Assembly (NCBI GenBank): GCA_047284725.1
Contig: JBJBEO010000001.1
Coordinates: 448,001-512,000 of the forward strand
Direction: 5' to 3'
Length of the DNA stretch: 64,000 bases
DNA from: Synechococcus sp.
GTDB taxonomy: Bacteria > Cyanobacteriota > Cyanobacteriia > PCC-6307 > Cyanobiaceae
The notes below the pieces were generated by a model. That model was given only the letters and a program-made list of their open reading frames with translations. It searched no databases and was not told the origin of the DNA. Made by a program: the position numbers and the translations under genes. Of this stretch, positions 1 through 17,492 are shown piece after piece. Numbering within the stretch: position 1 is the stretch's first letter; each line of letters opens with the position of its first letter.

Positions 1-1313
1 CGCCGTCTGACTGATTCAGCATGGCTGTGCAGTCCCTCACTGCGTGCTAGCTCCCGCACGGCGCCACCAGTGGCTTCGAGAGCCGCACGGTTGAAGGCGA
101 TCAACGACGTGTGGCGCATGAAGGTTTCCACGCTCAAGGCACCGCTGAACCGGGCGGTTCCGCAGGTCGGAAGGGTGTGATTCGGTCCGGCGAGATAGTC
201 ACCAACGGCCTCCGGGGACCATGGACCGATGAAGATGGCTCCAGCATTCACGATGCGGTCGGCCAGGGGTTGCGGGCGCTCCACTAGCAGTTCCAGATGT
301 TCTGGTGCGAATCGATCGCTCAGGCCCGCGCAGGTTTCAAGGTTGTTGCAGACCATCACCAGCCCCCAATCGCCCAACGACTGACGGCAGATCGTTTCCC
401 GGGGATGTCCCTGAAGCTGCCGCTCCAGTTCGGCGGGAATGGCGTCCGCCAAGGCCTGATCTGTAGTGAGCAGGATTGCGGCTGCCAGGGGGTCATGTTC
501 CGCCTGGGCCAGCAGATCAGCCGCCACGTGTTCCACCCGGGCGGTGTGGTCAGCAATGACGAGTACCTCGCTTGGACCCGCCAACGAGTCGATGCCCACC
601 TGTCCCACAACGGCTTTCTTGGCCAGGGTCACAAAGAGATTCCCGGGGCCGGAGATCACATCCACCTGGGGAACGCTTGCGGTGCCATAGGCCAGGGCGC
701 CAATGGCCTGAGCACCACCAATGCGATAAACCTCGTTCACTCCGGACAGATGGGCCGCCGCCAGGACGGTGGGGTTGACCTGACCATCAGCGCCTGCGGG
801 TGTCACCATCACCACGCGCTCAACGCCTGCGGCGCGAGCGGGCACCGCATTCATCAACACTGTGCTGGGGTACGCCGCCCTGCCCCCTGGTACGTAGAGG
901 CCCGCGCGCTGCACGGGTCGCCAACGTCTTCCCAGCCGTTCGCCATGCACCCCTTCGATCGTGAGGTCCTGGGGTTTCTGCCTTTGATGAAAATCCTGAA
1001 TGCGCCGGTGGGCGAGTTCGAGCGCGTCCCGCAGGTCTCTGCTGGTGTTTCGCCAGGCTTGTTCCAGGGATTCGGGCGCCACCCGAAGAGGTTCTGGGCG
1101 GAAGCGGTCAAACTCTTCCGTCAGTTCGATCAGTGCCCGATCTCCCTCCTCGCGAACCCGGGCCAAAATGGCGTCAACAGTGGTTTGCGCTTTCTGTTGA
1201 GCGGCCCCCGTGGTGCGTCGTGCCACACGGTCGAGATACCGTTCGGCCTCATCAACGGCATGCAGACAACGCAGCAGGGACGGCGTTGATGCCAGGCTGC
1301 TCGACGCTGTCAT
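1..1313 (-). CDS. hisD: Histidinol dehydrogenase (3' end cut off by window edge)
   Basis: Not in ORF track. Manual minus-strand translation from ATG 1313 gives [66 protein letters not shown] and [15 protein letters not shown], which are HisD motifs. Confidence 0.96.
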   Translation of the reverse strand, partial: MTASSSLASTPSLLRCLHAVDEAERYLDRVARRTTGAAQQKAQTTVDAILARVREEGDRALIELTEEFDRFRPEPLRVAPESLEQAWRNTSRDLRDALELAHRRIQDFHQRQKPQDLTIEGVHGERLGRRWRPVQRAGLYVPGGRAAYPSTVLMNAVPARAAGVERVVMVTPAGADGQVNPTVLAAAHLSGVNEVYRIGGAQAIGALAYGTASVPQVDVISGPGNLFVTLAKKAVVGQVGIDSLAGPSEVLVIADHTARVEHVAADLLAQAEHDPLAAAILLTTDQALADAIPAELERQLQGHPRETICRQSLGDWGLVMVCNNLETCAGLSDRFAPEHLELLVERPQPLADRIVNAGAIFIGPWSPEAVGDYLAGPNHTLPTCGTARFSGALSVETFMRHTSLIAFNRAALEATGGAVRELARSEGLHSHAESVRR

Positions 1314-1376
1314 CGGCTGTAAGGAGGACAAGTGTCAGCTCAAATTAGATCCCGTCGGGGCAACACCACGTCTTGA

Positions 1377-1736
<360 letters not shown>

Positions 1737-1801
1737 CTCAGCTGGCCCCATCGCCTCTGGGAGGCCTGCAAAATGGACCTGAAGGCGCGTTTCAGGTCCT
1801 C

Positions 1802-2587
1802 GTGACAGCTCCCACCTTGATTGACAGTCACTGTCACATCGTTTTCCGCAACTTTGAAGACGATCTTGAGGAGGTCTCCAGCCGTTGGCGTGAGGCAGGT
1901 GTGGTCTCGTTGCTCCACGCCTGTGTGGAGCCCGCTGAGATTCCAGCGATCCGTGCCTTGGCCGATCGTTTTCCGGAAATGCGTTATTCCGTGGGCGTTC
2001 ACCCGCTCGACACCAAGCATTGGAAGTCCTCGACGCTGGATGTGCTGCGTGATGCTGCGCACGAGGACGCGAGGGTGGTTGCCATCGGGGAGCTCGGTCT
2101 TGATCTCTTTCGCGACAACAATCTGGAGGAGCAATTGGCGGTGCTCGGGCCGCAACTCGACCTGGCCGTCGAGCTGGATAAGCCTGTGATCGTTCACTGC
2201 CGCGATGCGGCGGAGCCCATGCTCAAGGAGTTGCGGACCCGGCAGGCCGAGGGGCGTTGTCCCTCTGGCGTCATGCATTGCTGGGGCGGCAGCCCCGATG
2301 AGATGGAGGCTTTTCTCGATCTCGGCTTCTTCATCAGCTTCAGCGGAACCGTCACGTTCCCCAAAGCCCATGACACCCACGCCTGCGCCAGACAGGTGCC
2401 GAGTGATCGTTTCTTGGTGGAGACGGATTGCCCTTTTCTGGCTCCTGTGCCCCGGCGCGGCAAACGCAACGAACCCTCCTACGTGGCCGCTGTGGCTGCA
2501 CGGGTCGCTGAGTTGCGAGGCGAAACTCTTGATCAGGTGGCGACCACCAGTACGGCCAACGCCCGTCGACTGTTCGGTTTGCCTTGA
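1802..2587 (+). CDS. tatD: TatD family nuclease/hydrolase
   Basis: LIDSHCH, GVHP, AIGELGLD, VHCRDA, MHCW and LVETDCPFLAP motifs. Confidence 0.95.
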   Translation: MTAPTLIDSHCHIVFRNFEDDLEEVSSRWREAGVVSLLHACVEPAEIPAIRALADRFPEMRYSVGVHPLDTKHWKSSTLDVLRDAAHEDARVVAIGELGLDLFRDNNLEEQLAVLGPQLDLAVELDKPVIVHCRDAAEPMLKELRTRQAEGRCPSGVMHCWGGSPDEMEAFLDLGFFISFSGTVTFPKAHDTHACARQVPSDRFLVETDCPFLAPVPRRGKRNEPSYVAAVAARVAELRGETLDQVATTSTANARRLFGLP

Positions 2588-2883
2588 CCTCTTCGTCTGA
2601 GACTGTCAAGCGCTCAGGGCCTGGCTGCAACACCGTGAAGTGTAAGATGGTTCATTGGCCTGGCTTCGGCGTATGAACTACGCCTTGGCTCCCAGAAGAG
2701 TCCATTTCCTTCCGGTGCATTGACGACGTCTGCCGTTCTGTCCCGAGATCTCTGAAAGCCCAGCTGCGGCAGCCGTTCTCCGTCGAGGGGGAGGGCATTC
2801 GCTGGCTGGGCATCACTGGTTTCGAGCTGGTTCGGGTCTGACGTTCAGGCCTTTTGTCCCCACTTTCATCTGCAGGTCTCCGC

Positions 2884-5800
2884 ATGAGCAGCAGCGCGAT
2901 TCAGGTCGCCAAGACCGCCACCTACCTGCCCGATTTGGTAGAGGTGCAGCGGGCAAGCTTTAAGTGGTTTCTTGACAAGGGTCTGATCGAGGAATTGGAG
3001 AGCTTCTCTCCGATCACCGATTACACCGGCAAGCTTGAGCTCCATTTCGTCGGCAGCGAGTACCGCCTGAAGCGTCCTCGTCACGATGTGGAAGAGGCGA
3101 AGCGGCGTGATGCGACGTTTGCATCTCAGATGTATGTCACCTGCCGCCTTGTCAACAAGGAGACCGGTGAAATCAAGGAGCAGGAGGTCTTCATCGGCGA
3201 ACTTCCTCTGATGACCGAGCGTGGCACCTTCATCATCAATGGTGCTGAGCGCGTGATCGTGAATCAGATCGTGCGGAGTCCCGGCGTCTATTTCAAAGAT
3301 GAAATGGACAAGAATGGCCGTCGCACCTACAACGCCAGCGTGATCCCCAACCGGGGTGCCTGGCTGAAGTTTGAAACCGATAAAAACGATCTTCTGCATG
3401 TGCGGGTTGATAAAACCCGCAAGATCAATGCCCATGTGCTCATGCGTGCCATGGGATTGTCGGACAACGATGTGATCGACAAGCTCCGTCACCCGGAGTA
3501 CTACAAAAAGTCGATCGAGGCTGCCAACGACGAAGGCATCAGTTCAGAAGACCAGGCTCTGCTTGAGCTCTACAAAAAGCTCCGTCCGGGTGAACCCCCG
3601 TCCGTCAGCGGTGGTCAGCAGCTGCTTCAAACTCGTTTCTTCGATCCGAAGCGTTACGACCTCGGTCGGGTGGGCCGCTACAAGATCAATAAAAAGCTGC
3701 GTCTCACCATCCCCGATTCGGTGCGCACCCTCACCCATGAGGACGTGCTCTCCACGCTGGATTACCTGATCAACCTCGAGCTGGATGTCGGCGGCGCCAG
3801 CCTCGATGACATTGACCACCTCGGCAACCGCCGCGTGCGTTCCGTGGGTGAATTGCTTCAGAACCAGGTGCGCGTCGGACTCAACCGTCTTGAGCGCATC
3901 ATCAAGGAGCGCATGACCGTCGGTGAGACCGATTCACTCACTCCCGCCCAGCTGGTGAACCCCAAGCCGTTGGTGGCGGCCATCAAGGAATTCTTCGGCT
4001 CCAGCCAGCTGAGCCAGTTCATGGATCAGACCAATCCCCTGGCTGAGCTCACCCACAAGCGCCGCATCTCAGCCCTGGGTCCAGGTGGTTTGACCCGTGA
4101 ACGCGCTGGCTTTGCCGTCCGCGACATTCATCCCTCCCACTACGGCCGTCTCTGCCCGATCGAGACACCGGAAGGTCCGAATGCTGGTCTGATCAACTCC
4201 CTGGCAACCCACGCCCGGGTAAACGAATACGGCTTCATCGAGACCCCCTTCTGGAAGGTGCAGAACGGTGTGGTTATCAAGCAGGGAGATCCGATCTATC
4301 TCTCCGCTGATCTGGAAGACGAATGCCGCGTCGCCCCTGGCGATGTGGCCACCGATTCCGACGGACGGATTCTCGCCGACCTGATTCCTGTGCGGTACCG
4401 CCAGGACTTCGAGAAGGTGCCCCCTGAGCAGGTCGACTACGTGCAGCTTTCACCCGTTCAGGTGATTTCTGTGGCGACCTCGCTGATTCCTTTCCTGGAG
4501 CACGACGATGCCAACCGGGCGCTGATGGGGTCCAACATGCAGCGTCAGGCTGTGCCTCTGCTCCGTCCTGAGCGTCCCCTCGTGGGCACCGGTCTGGAGA
4601 CTCAGGTGGCCCGCGACTCCGGAATGGTGCCGATCTCCCGTGTCAACGGCACGGTGACCTTCGTCGACGCCACTGCCATCGTGGTGCGTGATGAGGAAGG
4701 CCTGGACCACACCCACTTCCTGCAGAAGTACCAGCGCTCCAACCAGGACACCTGTCTCAACCAGCGTCCGATCGTGCGTCAGGGCGATCCTGTGATCGTC
4801 GGTCAGGTGCTGGCTGATGGGTCTGCCTGTGAGGGCGGTGAAATCGCTCTGGGTCAGAACGTTCTGATCGCTTATATGCCCTGGGAGGGTTACAACTACG
4901 AGGACGCGATTCTTGTGAGTGAGCGTCTGGTCAACGATGACCTCTACACCTCGGTGCACATCGAGAAGTACGAGATTGAAGCGCGCCAGACGAAGCTCGG
5001 CCCTGAGGAAATCACTCGCGAGATCCCCAACGTTGCTGAGGAGAGCCTCGGTAATCTCGATGAGATGGGCATCATCCGCATCGGTGCCTTCGTTGAAAGC
5101 GGTGACATCTTGGTGGGCAAGGTCACTCCGAAGGGTGAATCCGACCAGCCGCCGGAAGAAAAGCTGCTGCGTGCGATCTTCGGGGAGAAAGCCCGGGATG
5201 TGCGTGATAACTCCCTTCGTGTTCCCAGCACGGAGCGCGGCCGCGTGGTGGATGTGCGCATCTACACCCGCGAACAGGGTGATGAGCTGCCCCCGGGCGC
5301 GAACATGGTGGTGAGGGTCTATGTGGCCCAGCGCCGCAAGATTCAGGTGGGCGACAAGATGGCTGGCCGCCACGGCAACAAGGGCATCATCAGCCGCATC
5401 CTTCCTCGGGAGGACATGCCTTACCTGCCAGATGGCACTCCTGTCGACATCGTGCTCAACCCCCTGGGTGTGCCGAGCCGGATGAACGTGGGTCAGGTGT
5501 TCGAGCTCCTCATGGGCTGGGCTGCCTCCAACCTTGACTGTCGCGTCAAGGTGGTTCCTTTCGATGAGATGTATGGCGCTGAAAAGTCCCAACAGACCGT
5601 TGAGGCTTTCCTTAAGGAAGCCGCCAGCCAGCCTGGAAAGGACTGGATCTACAACCCCGACTCCCCCGGCAAGCTGTTGCTGACCGATGGCCGTACCGGT
5701 GAGCCTTTTGACCAGCCGGTGGCGGTGGGTTATTCCCACTTCCTCAAGCTGGTTCACCTGGTGGACGACAAGATCCACGCTCGCTCCACGGGTCCTTACT

Positions 5801-6177
5801 CCCTGGTCACCCAGCAGCCCCTGGGTGGTAAAGCCCAGCAGGGTGGTCAGCGTCTGGGTGAGATGGAAGTGTGGGCTCTGGAGGCCTATGGCGCCGCTTA
5901 CACCCTGCAGGAACTGCTCACGGTCAAATCCGATGACATGCAGGGCCGTAACGAAGCCCTGAACGCCATCGTCAAAGGCAAGCCGATCCCCCGCCCTGGC
6001 ACGCCGGAGTCGTTCAAGGTGCTGATGCGCGAGCTCCAGTCCCTGGGTCTCGACATCGCGGTCTTCACCGACGAAGGCAAGGAAGTGGATCTGATGCAAG
6101 ACGTGAACCCCCGCCGGAGCACGCCCAGCAGGCCCACCTATGAATCCCTCGGCGTCGCGGATTACGACGAGGACTGA
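2884..6177 (+). CDS. rpoB: DNA-directed RNA polymerase beta subunit
   Basis: [51 protein letters not shown] 2884 preferred over TTG 2854. Confidence 0.99.
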   Translation: MSSSAIQVAKTATYLPDLVEVQRASFKWFLDKGLIEELESFSPITDYTGKLELHFVGSEYRLKRPRHDVEEAKRRDATFASQMYVTCRLVNKETGEIKEQEVFIGELPLMTERGTFIINGAERVIVNQIVRSPGVYFKDEMDKNGRRTYNASVIPNRGAWLKFETDKNDLLHVRVDKTRKINAHVLMRAMGLSDNDVIDKLRHPEYYKKSIEAANDEGISSEDQALLELYKKLRPGEPPSVSGGQQLLQTRFFDPKRYDLGRVGRYKINKKLRLTIPDSVRTLTHEDVLSTLDYLINLELDVGGASLDDIDHLGNRRVRSVGELLQNQVRVGLNRLERIIKERMTVGETDSLTPAQLVNPKPLVAAIKEFFGSSQLSQFMDQTNPLAELTHKRRISALGPGGLTRERAGFAVRDIHPSHYGRLCPIETPEGPNAGLINSLATHARVNEYGFIETPFWKVQNGVVIKQGDPIYLSADLEDECRVAPGDVATDSDGRILADLIPVRYRQDFEKVPPEQVDYVQLSPVQVISVATSLIPFLEHDDANRALMGSNMQRQAVPLLRPERPLVGTGLETQVARDSGMVPISRVNGTVTFVDATAIVVRDEEGLDHTHFLQKYQRSNQDTCLNQRPIVRQGDPVIVGQVLADGSACEGGEIALGQNVLIAYMPWEGYNYEDAILVSERLVNDDLYTSVHIEKYEIEARQTKLGPEEITREIPNVAEESLGNLDEMGIIRIGAFVESGDILVGKVTPKGESDQPPEEKLLRAIFGEKARDVRDNSLRVPSTERGRVVDVRIYTREQGDELPPGANMVVRVYVAQRRKIQVGDKMAGRHGNKGIISRILPREDMPYLPDGTPVDIVLNPLGVPSRMNVGQVFELLMGWAASNLDCRVKVVPFDEMYGAEKSQQTVEAFLKEAASQPGKDWIYNPDSPGKLLLTDGRTGEPFDQPVAVGYSHFLKLVHLVDDKIHARSTGPYSLVTQQPLGGKAQQGGQRLGEMEVWALEAYGAAYTLQELLTVKSDDMQGRNEALNAIVKGKPIPRPGTPESFKVLMRELQSLGLDIAVFTDEGKEVDLMQDVNPRRSTPSRPTYESLGVADYDED

Positions 6178-6226
6178 CGGATCAACGAACGAACCGAATA
6201 ACCCTCTCTTCTTTCCCTAACCGTCA

Positions 6227-8131
<1,905 letters not shown>

Positions 8132-8170
8132 CGCCTGATTGATTTTTCTCCCTTATCTCCATCTGACTGA

Positions 8171-12286
<4,116 letters not shown>

Positions 12287-12309
12287 GTCGGGTCTGCTTC
12301 CGTTTCACG

Positions 12310-12329
12310 GGAGTGGCCTTGGCCACTCC
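12310..12329 (+). terminator. Stem-loop downstream of rpoC2 (possible terminator or mRNA stabiliser)
   Basis: Perfect inverted repeat GGAGTGGCC-TT-GGCCACTCC 24 nt after the stop; no immediate U-tract. Confidence 0.5.
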
Positions 12330-12345
12330 AGACTGTCTTGTTTGA

Positions 12346-13559
<1,214 letters not shown>

Positions 13560-13587
13560 GGGAAACTGCGATCACTTGCGTGCGCCC

Positions 13588-15354
13588 ATGGCTGGGGTCG
13601 ACTGGCTGATTCTCGTGGTTTATCTGCTTGGCACCTTGGTGCTCGGGCTCTGGCTTGCACGCCGTAACCAAAGCGAAGACGATTATTTCGTGGCGGGTCG
13701 AAGCCTCAACGGATGGTTGGCCGGTGCCTCGATGGCGGCCACCACCTTCTCGATTGACACACCTTTGTACGTGGCTGGTCTGGTGGGGACCCGCGGTCTG
13801 GCTGGAAACTGGGAATGGTGGAGCTTCGGCCTGGCTCATGTGGCGATGGCGGTGGTCTTTGCACCGCTTTGGCGCCGCAGTGGCGTCATGACCGATGCCG
13901 CTTTCACAGAGTTGCGTTATGGCGGTGCTGCAGCGGCCTGGTTGCGGGGTATCAAGGCCTTTCTGCTGGCGCTGCCGGTGAACTGCATCGGCATTGGCTA
14001 TGCCTTTCTTGCCATGCGCAAAGTGGTCGAAGCGCTGGGCATCGTTTCCAATCGGCCGGTGGTTGCCGTTGGTGGGCTTCCTGACACCGTGCTGCTGCTG
14101 GCGGTGGTCGCTGTGATGGTGCTCGTGTACACCGTGGCCGGTGGTCTGTGGGCCGTGGTGGTGACCGACTTTGTGCAGTTGGTGCTGGCGCTGGTCGGGG
14201 CCGCTGCCGTGGCCTGGGCTGCCCTCCATGCCGCTGGAGGCATGGAGGCGATGTTGAATCAGATCGCTGAACTTGGACGCCCGGAACTGCTGTCCTTAAC
14301 CCCCTGGCGTTGGACGGAAAGTGGGGTCGATTGGATCGGTGGTGCTGGGATCAGTGCCGCCACATTTGTGGCTTACCTGAGCATTCAGTGGTGGAGTTTT
14401 CGTCGGAGTGACGGTGGCGGTGAATTCATCCAACGCATGCTCGCCACTCAGGACGAGCGACAGGCCACGTTGGCTGGCTGGGTGTTCCTGGTGGTGAATT
14501 ACCTCCTGCGCAGTTGGATGTGGGTGGTGGTGGCCCTTGCTGCCGTGGTGTTGCTCCCCGCTCAGTCCGACTGGGAGTTGAGCTACCCCACGCTTGCGGT
14601 CACCTATCTGCCGCCGGTGGTTCTGGGGCTGGTGGTGGTGTCGTTGGTGGCAGCGTTCATGAGCACGGTGAGTACGGCCGTGAACTGGGGGGCCAGTTAT
14701 CTGACCCACGACCTCTACCAAAGGTTTGTGCGCCCGAAGGCATCACAGGCAGAGCTTCTGTTGATCGGCCAGCTCACCAGCGTGTTGCTGCTTGTGCTGG
14801 GGGTGATTACAGCTCTGCTGAGCGACAGCATCGGGACCGTGTTTCGTTTGGTGATCGCAATCGGAACCGGCCCCGGTGTTGTGTTGGTGCTGCGCTGGTT
14901 CTGGTGGCGGATTAACGCTGCGGCAGAACTGGCTGCCATGGTCTGTGGATTCGTGGTGGGCTTGTGCACATCGGTTGTTCCCTTGCTGGTGATCCCTGAT
15001 TACGGCGTGCGATTGATGGTGACCACCGGCCTCACGGCAGTGGTCTGGATCGTTGTGATGTTGCTCACCCCGGCGGAATCCGCCGAGGTGATGGAGCGTT
15101 TTGTGCGGCAGGTACAGCCACCCGGTCCGGGATGGCGTCAGTGGCGTGATCACTGTCAGGTCGACGCTGTCGACTCTCTGGGTGAGTTGATTCGCCGTTT
15201 TCTGCTCAGCAGCGGGGTGTTGTTCGGAGGCCTGCTGGGTTCAGGTGCGTTTCTGCTGCATCAATCGCTCTCCGGTTGGTTGGGACTGACCGTGGCAGTG
15301 CTTTGCGGTTACCCCCTGCTCAGCACCTACGGCCTCAGGCCCGGGCGGGGATGA
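13588..15354 (+). CDS. Sodium:solute symporter (SSS/PutP-like)
   Basis: Many hydrophobic helices; DYFVAGRSL, SMAATTFS, YTVAGGLWAVVVTDFVQ, AAFMST. Confidence 0.88.
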   Translation: MAGVDWLILVVYLLGTLVLGLWLARRNQSEDDYFVAGRSLNGWLAGASMAATTFSIDTPLYVAGLVGTRGLAGNWEWWSFGLAHVAMAVVFAPLWRRSGVMTDAAFTELRYGGAAAAWLRGIKAFLLALPVNCIGIGYAFLAMRKVVEALGIVSNRPVVAVGGLPDTVLLLAVVAVMVLVYTVAGGLWAVVVTDFVQLVLALVGAAAVAWAALHAAGGMEAMLNQIAELGRPELLSLTPWRWTESGVDWIGGAGISAATFVAYLSIQWWSFRRSDGGGEFIQRMLATQDERQATLAGWVFLVVNYLLRSWMWVVVALAAVVLLPAQSDWELSYPTLAVTYLPPVVLGLVVVSLVAAFMSTVSTAVNWGASYLTHDLYQRFVRPKASQAELLLIGQLTSVLLLVLGVITALLSDSIGTVFRLVIAIGTGPGVVLVLRWFWWRINAAAELAAMVCGFVVGLCTSVVPLLVIPDYGVRLMVTTGLTAVVWIVVMLLTPAESAEVMERFVRQVQPPGPGWRQWRDHCQVDAVDSLGELIRRFLLSSGVLFGGLLGSGAFLLHQSLSGWLGLTVAVLCGYPLLSTYGLRPGRG

Positions 15355-15387
15355 ACACCCTTCAGAATGGCTGAAAATTGTTCTGAC

Positions 15388-15513
15388 GTGCAGTTCTTCC
15401 GTTCCACGCTCCTCCCCTCTCTGATTGTGCTTCTGTTTGTGGTTGCTCTCTTCGCCGTGAGTGCCAGGATCTGGTTGCCTGGGGACATGCTGGCTCCTGC
15501 CCCTGTTGGCTGA
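15388..15513 (+). CDS. Small single-pass membrane protein of unknown function (41 aa; 48 aa from ATG 15367)
   Basis: Not in ORF track. MQFFRSTLLPSLIVLLFVVALFAVSARIWLPGDMLAPAPVG has one TM helix and fills the gap between two same-strand genes. Confidence 0.75.
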   Translation: MQFFRSTLLPSLIVLLFVVALFAVSARIWLPGDMLAPAPVG

Positions 15514-15547
15514 GACAGCCCATACCGCTGGCTTTACGATCTGCACC

Positions 15548-16357
15548 ATGAGCGATCTTGCGAACCAGTCTGGAGATCAGGGTCTGACGGATCTCTCCAT
15601 CGATCCCGATGTGCTGGAGCGGGAATTGGCAGCAGAGCTGCTTGGTGATCCCCTCGATGAACTTGATTTTCGGAAGACTGCTGATGAGGAGGTGGTCGTC
15701 GCCCGTGACTGTGATATTGGTCTCCAACAACTGAAGGGCAGCCACGACGAGCAACTTCAGGGACTGAGGGTGTTCTGTGAGCACCGCGACGCGCGTGCCG
15801 TGGCACTGCTTCTGCCTCTGCTTGATGCTTCGTGTCCGGTGGTGCGGATGAGTGCGGTGTATGCCCTTGGTCGCAACCCTTCCCCAACGGCGGTGGAGCC
15901 CTTGTTGAAGTTGCTGCAGGCTGACGCCAACGGATACGTGCGAAAAGCTGTCGCCTGGAGCCTCGGCAACCACTCCGATGCCCCCGTGTTGAATCCATTG
16001 GTGCGTGCCCTTCAGACCGATATCGCTGCGGTGCGGCTCTGGGCTTCCGTCTCACTGGCTGAGGCCGGTGTGACCTCAGCCGCCAAGGCTGATCTCGCGG
16101 CGAGTCAGCTGCTGACCAGCTTGCAGATCGATAGTGAGCCCGTGGTTCGTAGTAATTGCATCTGGTCGCTGTGTCAGCTGCTTGAGCACTTGGTTGAGCC
16201 TCGTCGTCAAGAAGTGGTCGAAGCCTTTGTGAACGCATTGGTTCACGATCAGGATTCTTCGGTGCGGGATGAAGCGCGTGCTGCCCTCGAGCAGCAAGAG
16301 AGCCCTGAGCTGTTGGAGAGGCTGCAGACCCTGGTGGACGAGGGGTTGATCACCTGA
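15548..16357 (+). CDS. HEAT-repeat protein (PBS lyase HEAT-like repeats)
   Basis: Repeated units VVRMSAVYALG, YVRKAVAWSLG, AVRLWASVSLA, VVRSNCIWSL, SVRDEARAALE. Confidence 0.88.
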   Translation: MSDLANQSGDQGLTDLSIDPDVLERELAAELLGDPLDELDFRKTADEEVVVARDCDIGLQQLKGSHDEQLQGLRVFCEHRDARAVALLLPLLDASCPVVRMSAVYALGRNPSPTAVEPLLKLLQADANGYVRKAVAWSLGNHSDAPVLNPLVRALQTDIAAVRLWASVSLAEAGVTSAAKADLAASQLLTSLQIDSEPVVRSNCIWSLCQLLEHLVEPRRQEVVEAFVNALVHDQDSSVRDEARAALEQQESPELLERLQTLVDEGLIT

Positions 16358-16477
16358 TCTGCTCTGTATCAACGCCTTCTGCTCGTTTGTAGGGAGTCCT
16401 TGTGGCGGTGCTGTAACAGCATCACGCCAGTTGAGGTGAAGTTTGCTTAACATCATCTCCATCACTGGTTGAGGTGC

Positions 16478-16681
16478 ATGCCCCAGCGCACACTCCGCTT
16501 CCGAATCCGCCCCGACGGGCGCGTCGAAGAGCGCGTTGAAGGTGTTGAGGGTGATGCCTGTCTGGGACTGACCGAGCGTCTGGAGTCCGCCTTGGGCTCT
16601 GTCGAACGGAGAGAAGCCACATCTGAGGCTTTCAGCATGCGGGCCGAGCAGACCCAACCCCTGTCCGTAGAGCAACACTGA
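16478..16681 (+). CDS. DUF2997 family protein
   Basis: RFRIRPDGRVEERVEGVEGDACLGLTERLESALG; stop overlaps the ycf35 ATG. Confidence 0.88.
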   Translation: MPQRTLRFRIRPDGRVEERVEGVEGDACLGLTERLESALGSVERREATSEAFSMRAEQTQPLSVEQH

Positions 16682-17073
16682 TGTCCCACTTCAGCACTGT
16701 CAAAACCGAACTGCGTCAGCGCCAGCCATTGGTGGCTGCTTTACGTGACCTTGGTTATGCGCCTGAGGAGAGTGCGCGTCCGGTGAGGGGCTATCGCGGC
16801 CAGACTGTTGAAGCTGAGCTTGCTGTAGAGATGCAGGAAGGTGGTGATCTCGGTTTTCGCTGGAATGCAGGCAATGGTGCCTATGAGCTGGTGACCGATC
16901 TTGATCTTTGGAAGCAGCCAATTCCGATCGAACGCTTTCTGGCCAAGCTCACCCAGCGTTACGCCTTCAACACTGTACTTGCTGCGAGTACTCAAGAGGG
17001 CTTTGAAGTCGCTGAGCAGCGGGATTGTCAGGATGGATCGATCGAACTCGTGGTCACCCGCTGGGACTCCTGA
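16681..17073 (+). CDS. ycf35: Ycf35 / DUF1257 family protein
   Basis: MSHFSTVKTEL...VRGYRGQT...YELVTDLDLW...LTQRYA...DGSIELVVTRW. Confidence 0.92.
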   Translation: MSHFSTVKTELRQRQPLVAALRDLGYAPEESARPVRGYRGQTVEAELAVEMQEGGDLGFRWNAGNGAYELVTDLDLWKQPIPIERFLAKLTQRYAFNTVLAASTQEGFEVAEQRDCQDGSIELVVTRWDS

Positions 17074-17093
17074 TCCTCTGCAGTCCGGCTGTT

Positions 17094-17492
17094 GTGTCGA
17101 CACCCTTGGATCCTTCCGCGGCTTATCGAGCATCAGTTGCCGTTGCTGAAGACAGAACGGGTTTTGAGCCAGTCCTGGGGGGCGCTCTCCGCGAGAAAGC
17201 CGTTTGGGTAGACGAATCGGTCTGTATTGGTTGTCGCTACTGCGCTCACGTTGCCGCCAACACGTTTGTGATCGAGCCAAACCTGGGCCGATCGCGTGCC
17301 ATCCGTCAGGACGGTGACAGCACCTCTTGCATTCAAGAAGCCATCGAGACCTGTCCTGTGGATTGCATTCACTGGGTGGGGTTTGAGGAGCTTGATGGGC
17401 TGCGTGAGCGTCTCGATGGGATGGAGCTGTTGCCCCTCGGACTCCCTTCCCCGGCTCGGCCCCGTCGCCAGTTGCCGAGGCCTCGGCCCTGA
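17094..17492 (+). CDS. Bacterial-type 4Fe-4S/3Fe-4S ferredoxin (Fed7-like)
   Basis: VWVDESVCIGCRYCAHVA and AIETCPVDCIHW. Start uncertain (GTG 17094 or TTG 17106). Confidence 0.88.
   Translation: MSTPLDPSAAYRASVAVAEDRTGFEPVLGGALREKAVWVDESVCIGCRYCAHVAANTFVIEPNLGRSRAIRQDGDSTSCIQEAIETCPVDCIHWVGFEELDGLRERLDGMELLPLGLPSPARPRRQLPRPRP

Noticed and set aside
297..1289. 330-aa plus-strand ORF
   Set aside because: Antisense shadow of hisD; no motifs.
16412..16426. Possible NtcA box upstream of DUF2997 (TGTAACAGCATCAC)
   Set aside because: Spacer is 7 rather than 8 nt and the right half-site is CAC, so it does not fit GTA-N8-TAC.
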